A stretch of DNA of 39,951 nt from Atractiella rhizophila (GCA_021432655.1 MU271197.1:1-39951), one strand, 5' to 3'. Shown: positions 12,623 to 25,803, numbered from the stretch's first letter. Notes: generated by a model from the letters alone, not told the origin. Numbers and translations: made by a program.

Positions 12623-15079
12623 TCACCAGTAGTCTTTCGCTCGTGGCTTCACCAGTAGGCCGGGTTTTCTGCCCTCCCCAGCTTCGATCAGCCTCTTTCT
12701 TTCCGCTTTCCATCTCTCGAACCACTTCTTCATCTCGCTTCGACTCTTTTCACTTCCCACGTTCACGGTGGGGATGATCCTGGTGCAGTTGGCTGAGACA
12801 ATAAAACAGCTGAGTTCAAAAAACGACGAATGTTCAGAATAAGGTACTCCAAAGAGCTGACACTTGTCCGTAGAACCACGTTGTGGGTAAAAAAAGGTCG
12901 GTGGAACGGTGCGTTTGCTTTCGCGTTGTAGAACATCTTTAACTGTCGGGACGGAAGTTGAGATGCCTTCAGCTTTGAATGTCCAACCCGTAGGTCTTAG
13001 GCCGATCTACCCCATAAAGATGAGATTAGGGGTTTGAAGGAAGAGTTCAAGACGAACAATGCTGGTAAAATAACCCTTGAATGACTCCAAATACTCTTCT
13101 AAGGTTTCTCGACTGATCCCAAATAAGTTTGTGACGTGCACTTGAGCTTCAAGAGGATCCTTGGTTAGCATGGAATGAAGCTCGGCGTCATCAATGCAAG
13201 CAAACGTCTTGGCTTTCGTATCATTGCAGTAAATCTTGCTGTCGATTGCCTTCGCAATACCTACATCTCTCCCTGAGTAAGCGACTAAAACGTGGATAAA
13301 ACAAACCTTTCACAACTCGTTCCTTACCAATGCTATAAGTTCCTACAAGAATGAGAATGTTCGTCCGAGTGTTTTTGGAGACCGGAACCTCCTCTTCCTC
13401 TTCATCCTTGCTGGCTGAAAGCCAGCCCTTCATGAGCGCTTCCTCCTTAATCTGGTTCTGGCCATCTTTTGTTCCACGTCGTATAGCAGACTCGTCGCCG
13501 CCTACGGTCTATTATCCATCACCAACAAGATTCAGACATGAAGCAGAATGCTGACCTGACTAATAAGCTCAGAAACAGCTTGAATAACCTGTGGCTGAGA
13601 TGGAAAGACATATTTCGGGTTGCAGTACGTAGTATCGAGATAGACTAGATCGATCTTCTTCCCTTTGATAGCTTCATGCTCCAAATGCTCAGGAGACGCT
13701 CGAAAATCCCCACAGTGTAAGTAGCGAAATATACGATTGGGTTGCTTGCTCCAGGGAGAAGAAGGATTGGTGTGAGGACCCTCAAAAAGAAAGAGAACGG
13801 AGCCGGGGCAATGATTCGCGTCCAGTAAAGTGACCTTTATACCCTCTACTGTAACGGTTTCATTCATTGGAAGTGCCTTTACCCAGCGATCTTTCACACC
13901 CAAGTTGTGTTTGATGAGATTTGCTGTTGTGACGGAGCAGTAGATAGGGCCGTGATTCCAGTTCGCTGAGAGGTTGGTATAATGATCTGAATGTGCATGG
14001 GTCAGAAAGTACCCTTTGACGCCTTCAATCTTGCCGTACCTGACCAAGATCTGATTAGTTATCTGCGCGAGATTCAGGAAGCTAGCCAGTGATGACAAAC
14101 CGAAAGGCATCAACAGAAATTTCCATTCCATCCATTACTTTATAGAAAGGAACATCTCTCTTGTCTCCTCGTACGCCCCTGACTGCTTCTGAAGCTGCTG
14201 CAGACTTCCAGGCCTTATCCTCCGCATGTCCCTGCATGAGAGAATGAAAGGCGTTCGGACCAGTTGACAAAGATGACAGGTCAGAAGTTGACAGAGAGTG
14301 GGGAGCTGGTAGTGCGCGTAGCTTCCTCTTTGTATTAGAGGGAGGGGGAGGTGCAGATGGCGATCTTTCTGGCTTGGCAGGCGTTGGAGACGGCGAACGT
14401 TGTTGTTTCGAGGTCACAACCGCCTCCTCTATTGGCGCTGATAAAGCATCGAGGCAGGCATTGACGTGCAATTGAGCGTCCTGAATAATGTCGTCAGTCA
14501 CGCGCGTTAACCAAAATAAGAGCGATGTACCGTTGGCTTCTTTTTTCCCAGAGAAAGATTGCAAATGGGGCATATCAGAATGCCCTCATCTTCCATTTCT
14601 TCAATCTCAAAATCCTCAATTCTAACCGCTACCTCGCCCTCTTCCTCGTCCAAGTCCCATGCTACTGCTTCTTCATTTTCTAATTCTTCCGCCAAACCCT
14701 GGGCTCCACTCTCAAACTCGTCATCCGATTCAGGCAGAAAGAGCTTCGGTTCCTCCTTTACAGCACTAGAGAAATCATCTTCTGCGAGCTCATCTGCACT
14801 GAATAGAGAGCTTTTCTCTGGTTCCGAATCCGAAGAAAGAGAAATAACGACTTTCCCTTCGTTAGACTTCCGTCTTTTCTTGTTTCCCATCTCTTTCTCG
14901 CTCTTGCCGGTCAACTTTCGCTTCTTGGACGATTTCGGAGGCTCCAAAGATGAAACTTTGGAGAAGAAGGAGAGAATGCTGGTGTTCCCTTGAACAGCTT
15001 TTTGTGATTTGGGCGGCTTGAGTTTAGATGACTTTGAAGCGGAAGTGCTGGATGATTGAGGTGCAGACTTTTTGCCCAT
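12623..15079 (-). CDS. PSO2: DNA interstrand cross-link repair nuclease Pso2/Snm1 (UBZ4 zinc finger, metallo-beta-lactamase, beta-CASP)
   Basis: CPIC...HVNACLD, ISVDAF, FLTHAHSDHY, DANHCPGS, LHCGDFRAS, YLDTTYCNP, VGTYSIGKE, RPTGW and VPYSEHSSF...IIPTVN. Stop TGA at 12623-12625. Confidence 0.93.
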
Positions 15080-15353
15080 TTTGCTTGAAGCGCTTCCTAG
15101 GCTTGCTACGGCTCAACCACTGGGATCTGAGATAATGTCAATGAGCACCAAATGCAACGCAAATGTAAGTCATTCTGTGCGCTGCGCATGAACCCGTGCG
15201 CGATCGCGCGCCAATTCACGACGGTCAGTACTCCAATGATTGAACTGTGAGCTGCAAAGGAAAAAACATATTCAGATATAGTAAATGTACAATCGTCAAT
15301 AACACAATCAGCGCTGGGTATGGCCGGGAAGAAATGTCAAATAATACCACCAC

Positions 15354-18300
15354 TCAATTCCGAACAGGGATAGCTTCAAGCTCCGCCCTTCGCCTCTTCC
15401 ACTCCCGTTTTGTCTCTTCCTTGAAAGCTGCAATAAGTTCTTCCTGCTGTTTCAAGCTTTCCTGGACGCATTTGATATACCAATCCATGGCAGACATTTG
15501 CATTTCGTCCTCCTTGGGTGGAGCGAAGGACGGTTGATCTGGTGGCGCTTCGTAAAGGGACGACGCAAGGTCAACTTTGAACGGTAGGATGTTCTTAGGG
15601 AAGACAGTAATGTTGACGCCGTCAGTCGACGGTGGTAGTTTCGTAATGGGCGAGTCAGTTTTCGTCTTCTTCACTGTGCTCTGTCCTGTTGGGGAAAAGA
15701 CGCCTTGCTTAAGGGGAGTGAGAGGTTCAGCCTCTGAATTAATGCCGCTTCTCAACTTGAGCTGCTTTCTTATAGTGCGCGGGTCATCTTCAGACTGAGT
15801 CGTGGAAGATGGCGGGTCAAAGCCTCGTCGCTTAGCTGACAGAACTTCGAAGCCGGTACTCGCAGTGGTAGCTTGATTTGGCGGGGCGAATTTGGAGCCC
15901 TAGATGCAGGAGTTAGGCAAAGCAAGGAAGATAGGATAGAATAGACCTTCGAAGATTTTCGCTTCTGCTTCATCAAGACTTTGGCGACGTCGACATTCTC
16001 TTGGCTCTGACTCCTATTTTAGCAAGAGAAGGAAGTGCAATACCGGAACGAACCGATGACACCTCATCCTCTGACAAGTCTAGGTCCCATTGTGGCGCTA
16101 CATGTTTGATGGTAGAGTTGGTGGTTGTGAATTCCTTTTTCGAGTTCTGTTTTGCTTGCTAGACCGGACTTCAGACAGCTTTTCCCGTAAGATCAACAAG
16201 ACACTCACAGTTGCGGCATTCTCAGGCTCAGACCGCTTCATTTTTGGTCCCTTTGATAGTTCGTCCTCCATCTCCATATCATCGGTAGCCTGCTCTTGCT
16301 GTCAGCGCATAACAAATAGAGAGAGGATCAGGTACTGAGGCTTGATCTAGATCAGAGTCAACAGGCATGTCTGATATTACATTAGTGGTATGACGATGAG
16401 GAGCATGTGGCATTGTTCGAGCGACCTGTCATTTACATTCAGGTCGCTCAAAATGAGGATCGAACGACGTACATTGGAAGCCTGCCTACTTCGCCCATTG
16501 GTCGTGCGCTCTGGAGGAGCAGAAGCGTCGCTAACCTCAGTAAGCGCCTTACTCCTTGTCGTCCGCTCTGGGACAACGGAAGCATCCGACATCTCCCTCT
16601 CTGCCTGAGCCTTGCTCCTCGTCTGTCTCATCGGCCGCTCGTCCTTCGTATCCAGCTCGCTTTCCGTGACAGAGGACATCGCTGTATGTTCTGGGGACAC
16701 GGCAAGTTGAGCTGCTTTCTTGCTCCTCGTTTTCTTCTGCGGAACAGCCTCCTCCTCCGTCTCAGCCACGCTATCAGGGTGGACGTTCAGACGTGATTCC
16801 TTTTTGGTCTTCCCCTTCGTGATGGGATGAACGGCAGATGTGTCCGAATCGACCTCTCTGGCGCGGGTGGATCGAGTTTGTCGCGTCGGTGGTTCATCAA
16901 AGTCACTTGCTGGGGCTGGTTGGGCTTTTTTCTTCCCTTTCTGCTTCACAGCAACTTGAACGGGGGCTGATACCATCTCTTCATCCTGTTCTTCCCTAGC
17001 GAGGACCGCTTTCTTCCCCTTTGTTGAAGCTTTGGTGACGCCAGTCGGCCGCACTTCCTCTTCTTCCTCCGTCGGAGCACGATCAGCTGGTTTAGAAGAC
17101 TTCCTTACAGACCGTTTAACCACGACAACTTCCTGTTCCTCGCTTTCATCTGAGACATCCTTCTTCCTCGATGATGACGGGAGATTACTTTGCCTCTTCT
17201 TCGAAGCAACGGACGACTTGCGACTGAGGGGCTTCTTCTTGAATTCTTCCTCCCTCTCCTCTTCCACACCATCATCGACGGTAGGCTTCTTTTTCGATGA
17301 GGGCAACGAGCTTTGTCTGCTGTGCTTCGAAGCGACAGACGACTTCCGACTCCCTGGCTTTCTGATCTCTTCCTCAAAGTCTGTCTCGTAGTCCGTCAGG
17401 ACTCCGTTCCGTTTTGAAGAAGATTTTCTGCTCTTTTTCGAAGAGGAGGCCGCCAAGCTCCTTGATCTCGATTGGGCATCATCAGGGCCGCTCTTCGAAC
17501 TCATGGAGCTCTTTCTGCTTCTCGTCACCCTTGTCGAGGCACCCAAGTCCTCCTGATCTCCATCTCCATCATAGTCCTTCACGGCCACCTCCATATCTTC
17601 GTACTGTGTTTCAATTGCTGTCTTCTTCTTCGCTTTCGCTTTCGGCGGGGTTGCGAACGGAACGCGAGAAATAGCGGGAAAGAGGCCCTGTTCTCCATCG
17701 GTATCTTGTTGGGTGGAACGACGGTGCTTCTCTTTGCTCTGGTGGCCCGCTTTTTTGGCTGAGCAGGTAATGGCAGCACGTCTTGTGCCTCGTCCTCTTC
17801 GTTGATCGCTGCTTTCGTCTTCTTGGTTCCTTTCTTGACAACAACTGCACTTTCCTGCATTTCTTCCACAGCGGCAGAAGCAGTTGCCCTCGTTTGTCTC
17901 CTCGTTTTCTGCGGCGGTTGAGGTGGTTCCGTTCTCATTTCAGTACCGTCGTCGTAAGCCTCTTCATCCGTTTGTGGAGGAGGAGAGAGCGGTGGCGCCT
18001 TCTTTCTCCCCGCAGTTTTCGGTGGTGGAGGCGGGGGTCGAAGCTCGTCATCAGTGGGTACGGGAGTGACTTTGTTCGCGCGGGTTTGACGTTTTGCTTT
18101 CGCGGGAGGAGGGGGAGCCAAAGCAAGCGAATCTTCCTCCTCCTCTTCTGTTGGCTCAGGCGCCACTTTCTTTCGTGTGCGCGTTGCTTTCGCAGGTGCG
18201 AGAGAGTCGCGAGAGACGGCGGAATCGAGATTGTTTGCCTGTTTCGAAGGAGGCTTCGGCTTTGAAGTAACGACCGTGGCTGAAGAAGGGGACGGAGATG

Positions 18301-18925
18301 TGAAGAAGTAACAGTTGGGGAAACGACGGCGGTGCTCTTCCAAAGGGTCGTCTGATGGCTCCCATCCTCCAAGTGCAGCCTCGCAAAAGAGGCACGAAGC
18401 TGTGTCATCGCCCTTCTCCAGAGGGTTAAAATAAAACCCAGCCGCAGCCATCTTCACGTCGCAACATACCCTTAAGCCACCACTTTACGCAAACAATGTA
18501 AGGAAACGCACCTGTCGCGCACAAATCATTTCTGACCCCTTGACCATGTCATGCTCCCATGCACCCTCGAACGTCCTCTCCCTGCACATAATCATAATTC
18601 GGCTTCTTGGAAGCATCTCTTCGTTCCTCTTCTTCCTCCCTTTCTCATCCACACTCCTCAAAAGCGCTACCCATGGACACCCACTCTCCTTATCCATATG
18701 AGACTCATGCTCCTCCAATGGTACCTCATCTCCATCCCATCCATCCAGAGACTTGTTGCATAGAAAACAAGTGACAGAATCGGGCGACTCCTGCGTCCCG
18801 GAGTAGTAGAAGCCTGCACTCGCCAGGGATGAGACTGAGATCCCGCGATGAGGCCAGGCAGGACGTGACTTTGACGCCCTTTTTGGAAAAGAGGCGACGC
18901 GAGCATCGAGCGCGTGATAAGACAT
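15354..18925 (-). CDS. BIR1: BIR-domain chromosomal passenger protein Bir1/Cut17 (survivin-like); apparent 1-nt frameshift near 17710
   Basis: Two BIR repeats (LASAGFYY...VTCFLCNKSLDGWD...PLEEH...CPW and MAAAGFYF...SCLFCEAALGGWEPSDDPLEEHRRRFPNCYF), a long K/R/S/E low-complexity middle, and C-terminal helix MSAMDWYIK...LEAIP. Confidence 0.85.
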
Positions 18926-19100
18926 CGTAAGGAGGTTGCGTTGGCTGAGCTGCCGTCGAATGGGCGTGTTCGTCGTCGAAATGGGGAACAACAACGGCGC
19001 GCTCTCGTCTTCACAAATCACGTGTTCGGTCGGATTTCCAACTTCTGGCTGAAACGACAAAACAACGAATTTCGAGTCTTTTGACACTAACAGACCGGAA

Positions 19101-19480
19101 ATGAGCACCCCAGCACGCCCACCGAGCGAAGAAGTATTGTCGGCTAAGGTATGTCCTCTGTTACTCCTGCAATCAACAGTCAGCTGACGCTGTGTGGTCA
19201 GACCGACGTATGTATCTCCAACATGCTTGTTCAAACATCCATGGGTCTAGGAGTAGGGGTGGTACTCTCAGCAGTACTTTTCAAACGTGCGTTCGCCCTT
19301 TATCGGTTAAATTGCGGGTTGGAATTGTGTTTGTCTGGTTGCGCAGGTCGAGCATGGCCGGTTTGGATATCGACAGGTTTTGGAGCTGGAAGCGCGTATT
19401 CGGATTGTAACAGGCTTTTCAATCCTGCTGCTATTCCTGGGTATAAGATTGTTGGACAGGAGGAAAAGAAACCGTTATAG
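19101..19480 (+). CDS. MIC10: MICOS complex subunit Mic10
   Basis: Exons 19101-19148, 19202-19286 and 19347-19480 give SEEVLSAKTDVCISN...GLGVGVVLSAVLFKRRAWPVWISTGFGAGSAYSDC, with GxGxG motifs flanking FKRR. Confidence 0.93.
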
Positions 19481-20405
19481 TCTGGTGTTGCATTTGGTAT
19501 TGCTCATTTATCTCAAAATGTGCATTTTGCAGCACAGTTGATGTTGCAGGCAATTAGATTTTTGTTCTTGCTATCGACATGAGGTCACTTATCTACAATG
19601 CGCGAGACATTTTGACTCGCTCATACACCTTTTTTCTCTTGCTGTTCATCACTTATGCTTGAGCTCTCATCTTTACCAATGTGCAGGTCAAACAGCGCCT
19701 GCGATGCTTATGGCGTCTAGGCAAGTTCGTAAAGAATGCACGGAGAATGGAAAATTGCGAGAGCATCTCCTAGCTTTCCGCCAATTATCCAAAATTATCA
19801 AGGTCACATTTGACCAAGTTATTTGGTGTATTGACTGTGAACAGATGCACTAAGGTCCTTGTTTACTGACTACCATCATAGCGATGCCGTTGAGAAAAAT
19901 TTTGGGTGCCATACATTATAATTTTGCCCACCGAAACCGTCCTCCCACGTCATGAATAATTCTGCGTTCTATTTCTTGTAATCTGCCATCGAAATCACCT
20001 CCGAAACCTCACCCAAATACACCAAATAAGCGCGAAGCGTATTAAGCAGGTTGATTGTTTTCTTTCTGAAATGCAGGGGACCGAAGAAGGAGCCATGGAG
20101 TGAGAATTCAACGAGGTCAATGCACAGGAGACTTCACGCCACCGCGATATCCGGGAGTCTCTCGGGACATATCTAGCACTTGATTCCTACAATCAAGTGC
20201 AGCTTGACGAATTATTAGGAATTTATTACTTGCTGCTCCACTAGCTCTCAAAATTAATTTGCAAGCAAGCGGGCCATGTGCGCCAATGTGCTAAACATGA
20301 ACAAACAAAGCACAGCCACTTCCCCTTCTGCTCTTGGGATTGGATTGGAGCAGGGATTGGAGGAGCAATTTCGTAGACGGACCCAATTTTTCAAATCCCA
20401 AAGCC

Positions 20406-21321
20406 ATGGTTATGCGCCGCTCTTCGCGCACTCGCAAAGCACGCACCTTTCCCGACCATGTGATGGGTGCTCAAGACACAGATGAAGAAATAGTCCTACC
20501 ACCGGAAGAGTTTGAGTCGACTGAACATTCCGCGAGAAAACGAAGGAAGAGTTCTGCTGCCGTTCAGGGTGAGGGGCCCGATAGCCAAAAGAAACAGAAG
20601 GTGCACGACGAGAAGGCCGAAAATGCGGCTCCAGTTTCTCAACCAACTGTGGCCGTAAGCAATGGTCAAGCTGCCAGACTAACAGAAATAGACGTGAGTG
20701 TTTGATTAAACTCCAGCTGACCTTTGTTGATGTTTTCTTGGGTAGCCGCAACTGCTCGACATACTTGACGGAGACAGGAGCATTGACCCTGTTGACTACT
20801 CTACCGCTCCAACTGTCTTTCCTCCACACAACGAGACAAACGCTCCCGTGTCCAATTATGTCTCAGATCTATCCCAACTCCCTTCGAGCAGTCCACAAAC
20901 CAACATTTCACTCGCCGAACCTGAATCAGAGGCCCCAGAAACATCATTGCCGAGCTTGGACAGGGACGCATGGCTCATTCCTCGCGCTCAACACCCTTGG
21001 CTGTTTGACATTTGCTTCTCTGCTCTTCAATCCAACCCCTCTCAAACCCTTTCATCTTTCTCATCCGAACAAATGCGGTCCCTTAACAAGGCTCCAGCTG
21101 CTCTGAATGTGGAAAAGTATCCGAAGAAACCGAGAGACATGAGCCGAAGGATGAAAACTGTGTTCGAGAGAAAGATTGGAGACCCAATCAGAGAAATTTG
21201 GGACAAGGAGTTTTTGGAGAAGGTGTTTAAAGGGCTAAGCGTTGTTGTGGAGGAAGAAGGAAGGACCGGTTGGGAGAAAGCTAGATGGGAAGTTTATGAT
21301 GCTGTGCGGCTCCCTCTCTAA
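20406..21321 (+). CDS. Hypothetical protein (basic NLS-like motif RKRRK, helical C-terminal region)
   Basis: Two ORFs are joined in frame by intron GTGAGT...GCTGAC...TAG (20694-20745). No family recognised. Confidence 0.55.
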
Positions 21322-21976
21322 GCTACGAGCAGGAAGCTAAAGCTAGCAACAGCATTCCAAACTACCACTGGGAGGCATCCGATATCTCAAGGAGAACGAT
21401 GAATGGGAAGACCGCTCTTTCTTTTGGTTGGTGGACAATTGGGACGGGCACACAGAAACCGACGAAATCAGGAATCTCGAGCCTTACCAACAGTTCAAGG
21501 GGTTATTGGCAAACAAATAGGGTTTATGTGGTTTATGATATGTGTTGCCTATAAAATTCCAAGATCCATCCTGTATTTACTTATCTAGGCAACAGTCATG
21601 ACTGTGTTGGGGGTTGTTGTGTCAAGTGAGCTTTCTCGTTGTCGTACACCTTCGTTCGGCACTTCCTTCAAGTTAAGCTTCCTTACACTCCCGATGCCGT
21701 TCAGGTGTCACTCGTGCCTATCCTCATCTGCGCGAGACTTCCGTGTCGTGTCGGCAACCAACCCACCACCGAAACAGCAACGCGACGACTAAAGGCAGAG
21801 TGACGCGCTTTGTGGGCAATAGTCTGGCACTCCGGCATATGTTTGGGTAGGCTCCGCGATTGTACCAGCAAATATATAACGTGCTTGAGCCTGTAAGCTT
21901 CACTCTCACCACACCTGAAGAATTGAAGAATTGGAACCATTGACTATCTCCTTACCAAAGCATCATTGCAAGAGGA

Positions 21977-22426
21977 ATGTTTCGCTCCCTGACTCAGTCT
22001 GTTTTCAACGGCTCTTTTCGCTCACATGGCCCTTTGAACCGGCGACATTTCACGTCAGAAGGAATGCCAACAAATAAAAAAGGTGCGACAACTTTCTTCG
22101 AGCCGAGTGGAGCGGAGCTGACTTGGAAGAACAAGGATTTCTTGGATTCAAGATACCGAGATGGCTAGCCTGGACTATAGCGATTGCAGGAACGATTGAA
22201 TCAGGTTAGACATTTCGTTGTGTCATGAGAGTATGTTACTGATCCACCGGAGTAGCCTTCTGTAAGCAGTAAAGTTTTAACATGCCCCCGTCCATCTGAT
22301 TTTGGTTATTGGATCCTCTACAAAGGGCTTAAAGTTTATCTCATGAAGCAAGGATCGGATGAGAGGAAGCGGTTAGAAAACGAAGGCGCAATGCAGGGTA
22401 CTACGGGTGCAGGAGATCCAAAGTGA
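21977..22426 (+). CDS. Hypothetical 95-aa protein, putative mitochondrial single-pass membrane protein
   Basis: Exons 21977-22082, 22130-22204, 22256-22261 and 22326-22426 splice to an open frame. The N-terminus is R/S-rich and acid-free, followed by hydrophobic WLAWTIAIAGTIESAFWLKVYLM. Confidence 0.6.
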
Positions 22427-22915
22427 AACGCTATTTGCTCAACCTGGACGATTATTAGGAAGACTAATTAGTAGAAAGTCTTTTAACAGTCCGTCCTCCA
22501 ATTAACATACATAATTTCCTGGTCGCGTACCTTTCGCATCCACTGTCTTTCGGACGATTATCACCTTTCTGAGCTTTATACCGCGTGAATTTTGGTGTTT
22601 AGGTCTGCCATTTGCTGCCATCTTGTCATCATCTGCGTTGGTGCAGGCCTAGGAAAGGTTATTACACAAAACTACCTTTCCTGCACCGGCATCATTGTTA
22701 CGTTAACACATCTCGAGTGTTTTATTTAAGCAGCACTCCCACAGGCGTTACGGTCTTCAGGCCCCTTTTTGATCCTTCTGGCTGTAGAAACGAGCGAGCC
22801 TTGCTCCACATGAGGTTGCTCAATGCCGTATGGACAAATAAAAGACGGCGCGAGAGTGAGAACGACGCAAACTGCACAGTTCACCTCTATTCGCCCTTCT
22901 AACTTCTTCTAAAGT

Positions 22916-24494
22916 ATGTTGTTTTCCCTGACGACTGTTTTTGTCGCTTCTCTCGCGACTGGTGCTCTAAGCAAGCCCGTTCAGAGCTATAAACCGGCAT
23001 CATGCAACTCAGTAAGTCAGTTCATATTGAAGGTTTACATTGTGACGGTATGCTGATGATGGGTGAATGCGTGTGCGTATCAGTTCTACTTTGACGTCGA
23101 AGCCACATATGAACGCCTCAACTTCAATTTCACTCTCCCTACAACGAAAGTAGAGATGCAAGCGCTTGTCGGTGGAATCTTTGCTGGGACAATCAATCCC
23201 GTCTCGGTATGAACATTTATAGAGGGGGTTGAAGCGTTTGAGCCATTTGAGCTTGGACAGGGATCCGAAAACATAACCGATACATACAGACATTTCGGGA
23301 AACTCTGTTATCCTCTCAGCCACGTCAAATCGAAGCACCCGAATGCAATTCAAGTGTTGGTTCATGCAGGTTGGGAAGTGGAAGCTGAGTATGAAGTGTC
23401 ATATCAGCCGGAGAAATACAGCTATATCGACTATGCCACCTCTCAAGGTAAGCTCATTGGAGAATGAGCATGAGGAGCTAATTTCATGATCGAAGGGTAC
23501 ACCATTTTTGCTTACGATCGATTGGGCCTTGGGAGGAGCGAGAAAATCGATGGAAGAAATATTCAACTGGCGCTAAATGTCGAGATTGTCCGACAAATCA
23601 TCACCAAATTAAGGAGTGGAACTTTTGGCCATGGACAACGCTGCAAATATGACCAGGTGAGTATTCCTATCTGTGGAGCCAAGGAAGGAATGCGACCAAA
23701 TGCATATCCAACTTTTCACACACAGGTTGCTCTCATGGGTCATTCAGCTGGATCGGCCATTGTGAATAGTGTCCTCGCGCACAGTCCTGAACTCATAGAT
23801 GCGGCAATCATGCTCGGTGAGCTATCACTCTGATATTTAGGAGAGGTACTGACAATAAGATAGGTTATGGACACAACGTGAACCCAGACTTCATTACCGC
23901 CGCAGATATTGACGTGCCTTCTCGTAAGTCACGCCGACGTGATTCGAAGGCAGAGCTGAGAAAACTATGCAGTTGCATCACCTCCGCTCAACTATCCTGC
24001 TTCTTTCGTTGCGATTTCGGGTATCGACGCCAAATTGGCTGCCTTCTACGCAAAAGAGGGGACATACGATCCCAAGGTCGCTAAGTTGACGTTCGATATC
24101 CCAGCACCTGCCGGCCTGGGAGAGCTCATCACTCTTCTCCAAGGACAAGTGGTTGCAGAGAACTACAAAGGGCATGCTGCCATCTTGATTGGGTATGTAC
24201 TTCTTTTCCCTGAAGGGGAAGGAAAAGCTCACTGCTGCTGGAACAGTGCTAATGACTTGGCATTCTGTCCTAATGGTTTCTGTGACGGGTTAGTGGTCAC
24301 CATTCGCCCCCTTTGAGCTATTCTGAATACGCCTGTACAGTGACGACAGTCTGGCTGGAGAGGCCGCTTACTTTCCCGCCGTCGCTTCCTTCAAAGTCAA
24401 AACGTTCAACAATACCGGACATGGCATTTTGAATCATTATTCATCGAAGGAAGTCCAGAAAGCTATCATCCAGTACTTTGACGGCGTTTTGTAG
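22916..24494 (+). CDS. Secreted alpha/beta-hydrolase fold protein
   Basis: Signal peptide MLFSLTTVFVASLATGALS, then IQVLVHAG, GYTIFAYDRLGLGRS, nucleophile elbow GHSAG, D in NDLAFC and H in NTGHGILNH. Multiple short GT-AG introns. Confidence 0.85.
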
Positions 24495-24697
24495 ACTCCG
24501 TTAGTCAATATAAGGGTTTGAAAAGGTATCCCTAATGTTAGTTACATTTGAAGTAATACCGCGTGAGCGGTGAACTGCTCTGGGGATTTGAGGGATCGTT
24601 CCATCATAAAATACCAACAGGACGTTGAGAGGTTTGATTCCGAGTTCGAAATTAGGCGGGAGTATAAAACATAAAATACAGGACCCATGCTTCATCA

Positions 24698-25803
24698 TTA
24701 CTCCTCCTTCTTCACCTTCTTCCTGTCGGGACATTCAGATCTGCGCATGCGTGTCCCTAGAATTGCCTGCAAACACTCTTAAGACAGCCCAATGGAGAAC
24801 ACGAGGAAGGATACTGACGTCCCAATGAGTGAACCATGGTTGGGCAAAATTCTTCTTGATTCCGAAAGTCTGATGGTGGATATCATGATAGTCCGCATTG
24901 TTTCCACACATTAATTGGAAGGGGTCGAAAGGCAAAGCGTATCCGCAATGATCGTCCACGGTTTTGGCGGTGCAAATGCCAAAGAGGACGACAGCTTGAC
25001 GGACGGACATGAATGACAATTGGTGAGCGACGACTCCTCCCAGACTGTCAAACAGGAAACCTTCGAGAGGATGATTGTACAGGGCCCCATAAGAGTAAGG
25101 AACGTAGAGGCGATGGTGCCAGGAATGAATGTGGCGATAAAGAAACTTGTTGGTGTGGAAGTATCGATGTAGAAAGTATTGCCATGTGTCCAAAACAAAG
25201 CTAAATGTTTTGAGGTCAGCACCGAGAGACAAATGGCAAGGTTACAACTCACAATGCCCAAAGATATTGTGCAACTGGTACTCCCCACCAATACGTCCAC
25301 CAGGTCAAGTTCTCTCCTTGACTGGTCCAAACGGATTTTGCAGTCCCTTCACCTAGAAGAGCAAAGACAATGCGACTGATCCACTTCGAATATGTGCTCA
25401 TCTCGGCTGCATGGTTACGCGCTAACGCCTCCTCGTCGATGTACCACAGCCCGAGCATGGTCTGGAATACTTGCTGGAGCAGGACAGCTTTGACTACTCC
25501 CCAACGCGTGACCGTATTTCGAGACTTGACTTCTTCGGACTCGTGAATTCTGTACTTCTCAAAGAAAGGCAGTTCGAGGGCGTCAATGATTGAAAATATC
25601 CCTGAAACGATCCAGTAGGCAACGAATGGCGATATCACAGACATGTACTCGTCCGGGATTCCTGGTATGAGCGAAGGACGCTGGATATGATAGGAAGGAT
25701 AGACCATCTCGGAGTTCGAGAAGACGAGCTCGTGCGTCGAGATATTCGAATAAGGCAGAACGCCTGGCATGGCACTTTTGAAGTCGACCGTAGCTTTTGA
25801 CAT
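24698..25803 (-). CDS. SUR2: Sphinganine C4-hydroxylase (fatty acid hydroxylase superfamily)
   Basis: FEKYRIHESEEVKSRN, DTWQYFLHRYFH, HSWHHRLYVPYSYGALYNHPLEG, KTVDDHCGY, NNADYHDIHHQ and NFAQPWFTHWD. Confidence 0.95.

Noticed and set aside
12327..12725. 132-aa minus ORF overlapping the hemerythrin B 3' end, as a possible PSO2 tail or overlapping gene
   Set aside because: PSO2 ends in another frame at 12623 (…AKDYW-TGA). This ORF has a GTG start and no recognisable motif.
18926..19234. N-terminal extensions suggested by the ORF track for BIR1 (also kinesin 9036-9224 and PRP18 34824-34946)
   Set aside because: They depend on non-ATG starts and run through promoters or the neighbouring gene. 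Recognisable protein sequence begins at the downstream ATG.
19500..20400. AT-richer 900-bp intergenic region as a possible transposon relic or ncRNA
   Set aside because: No terminal repeats, transposase or RT motifs, or tRNA/snoRNA boxes recognised.
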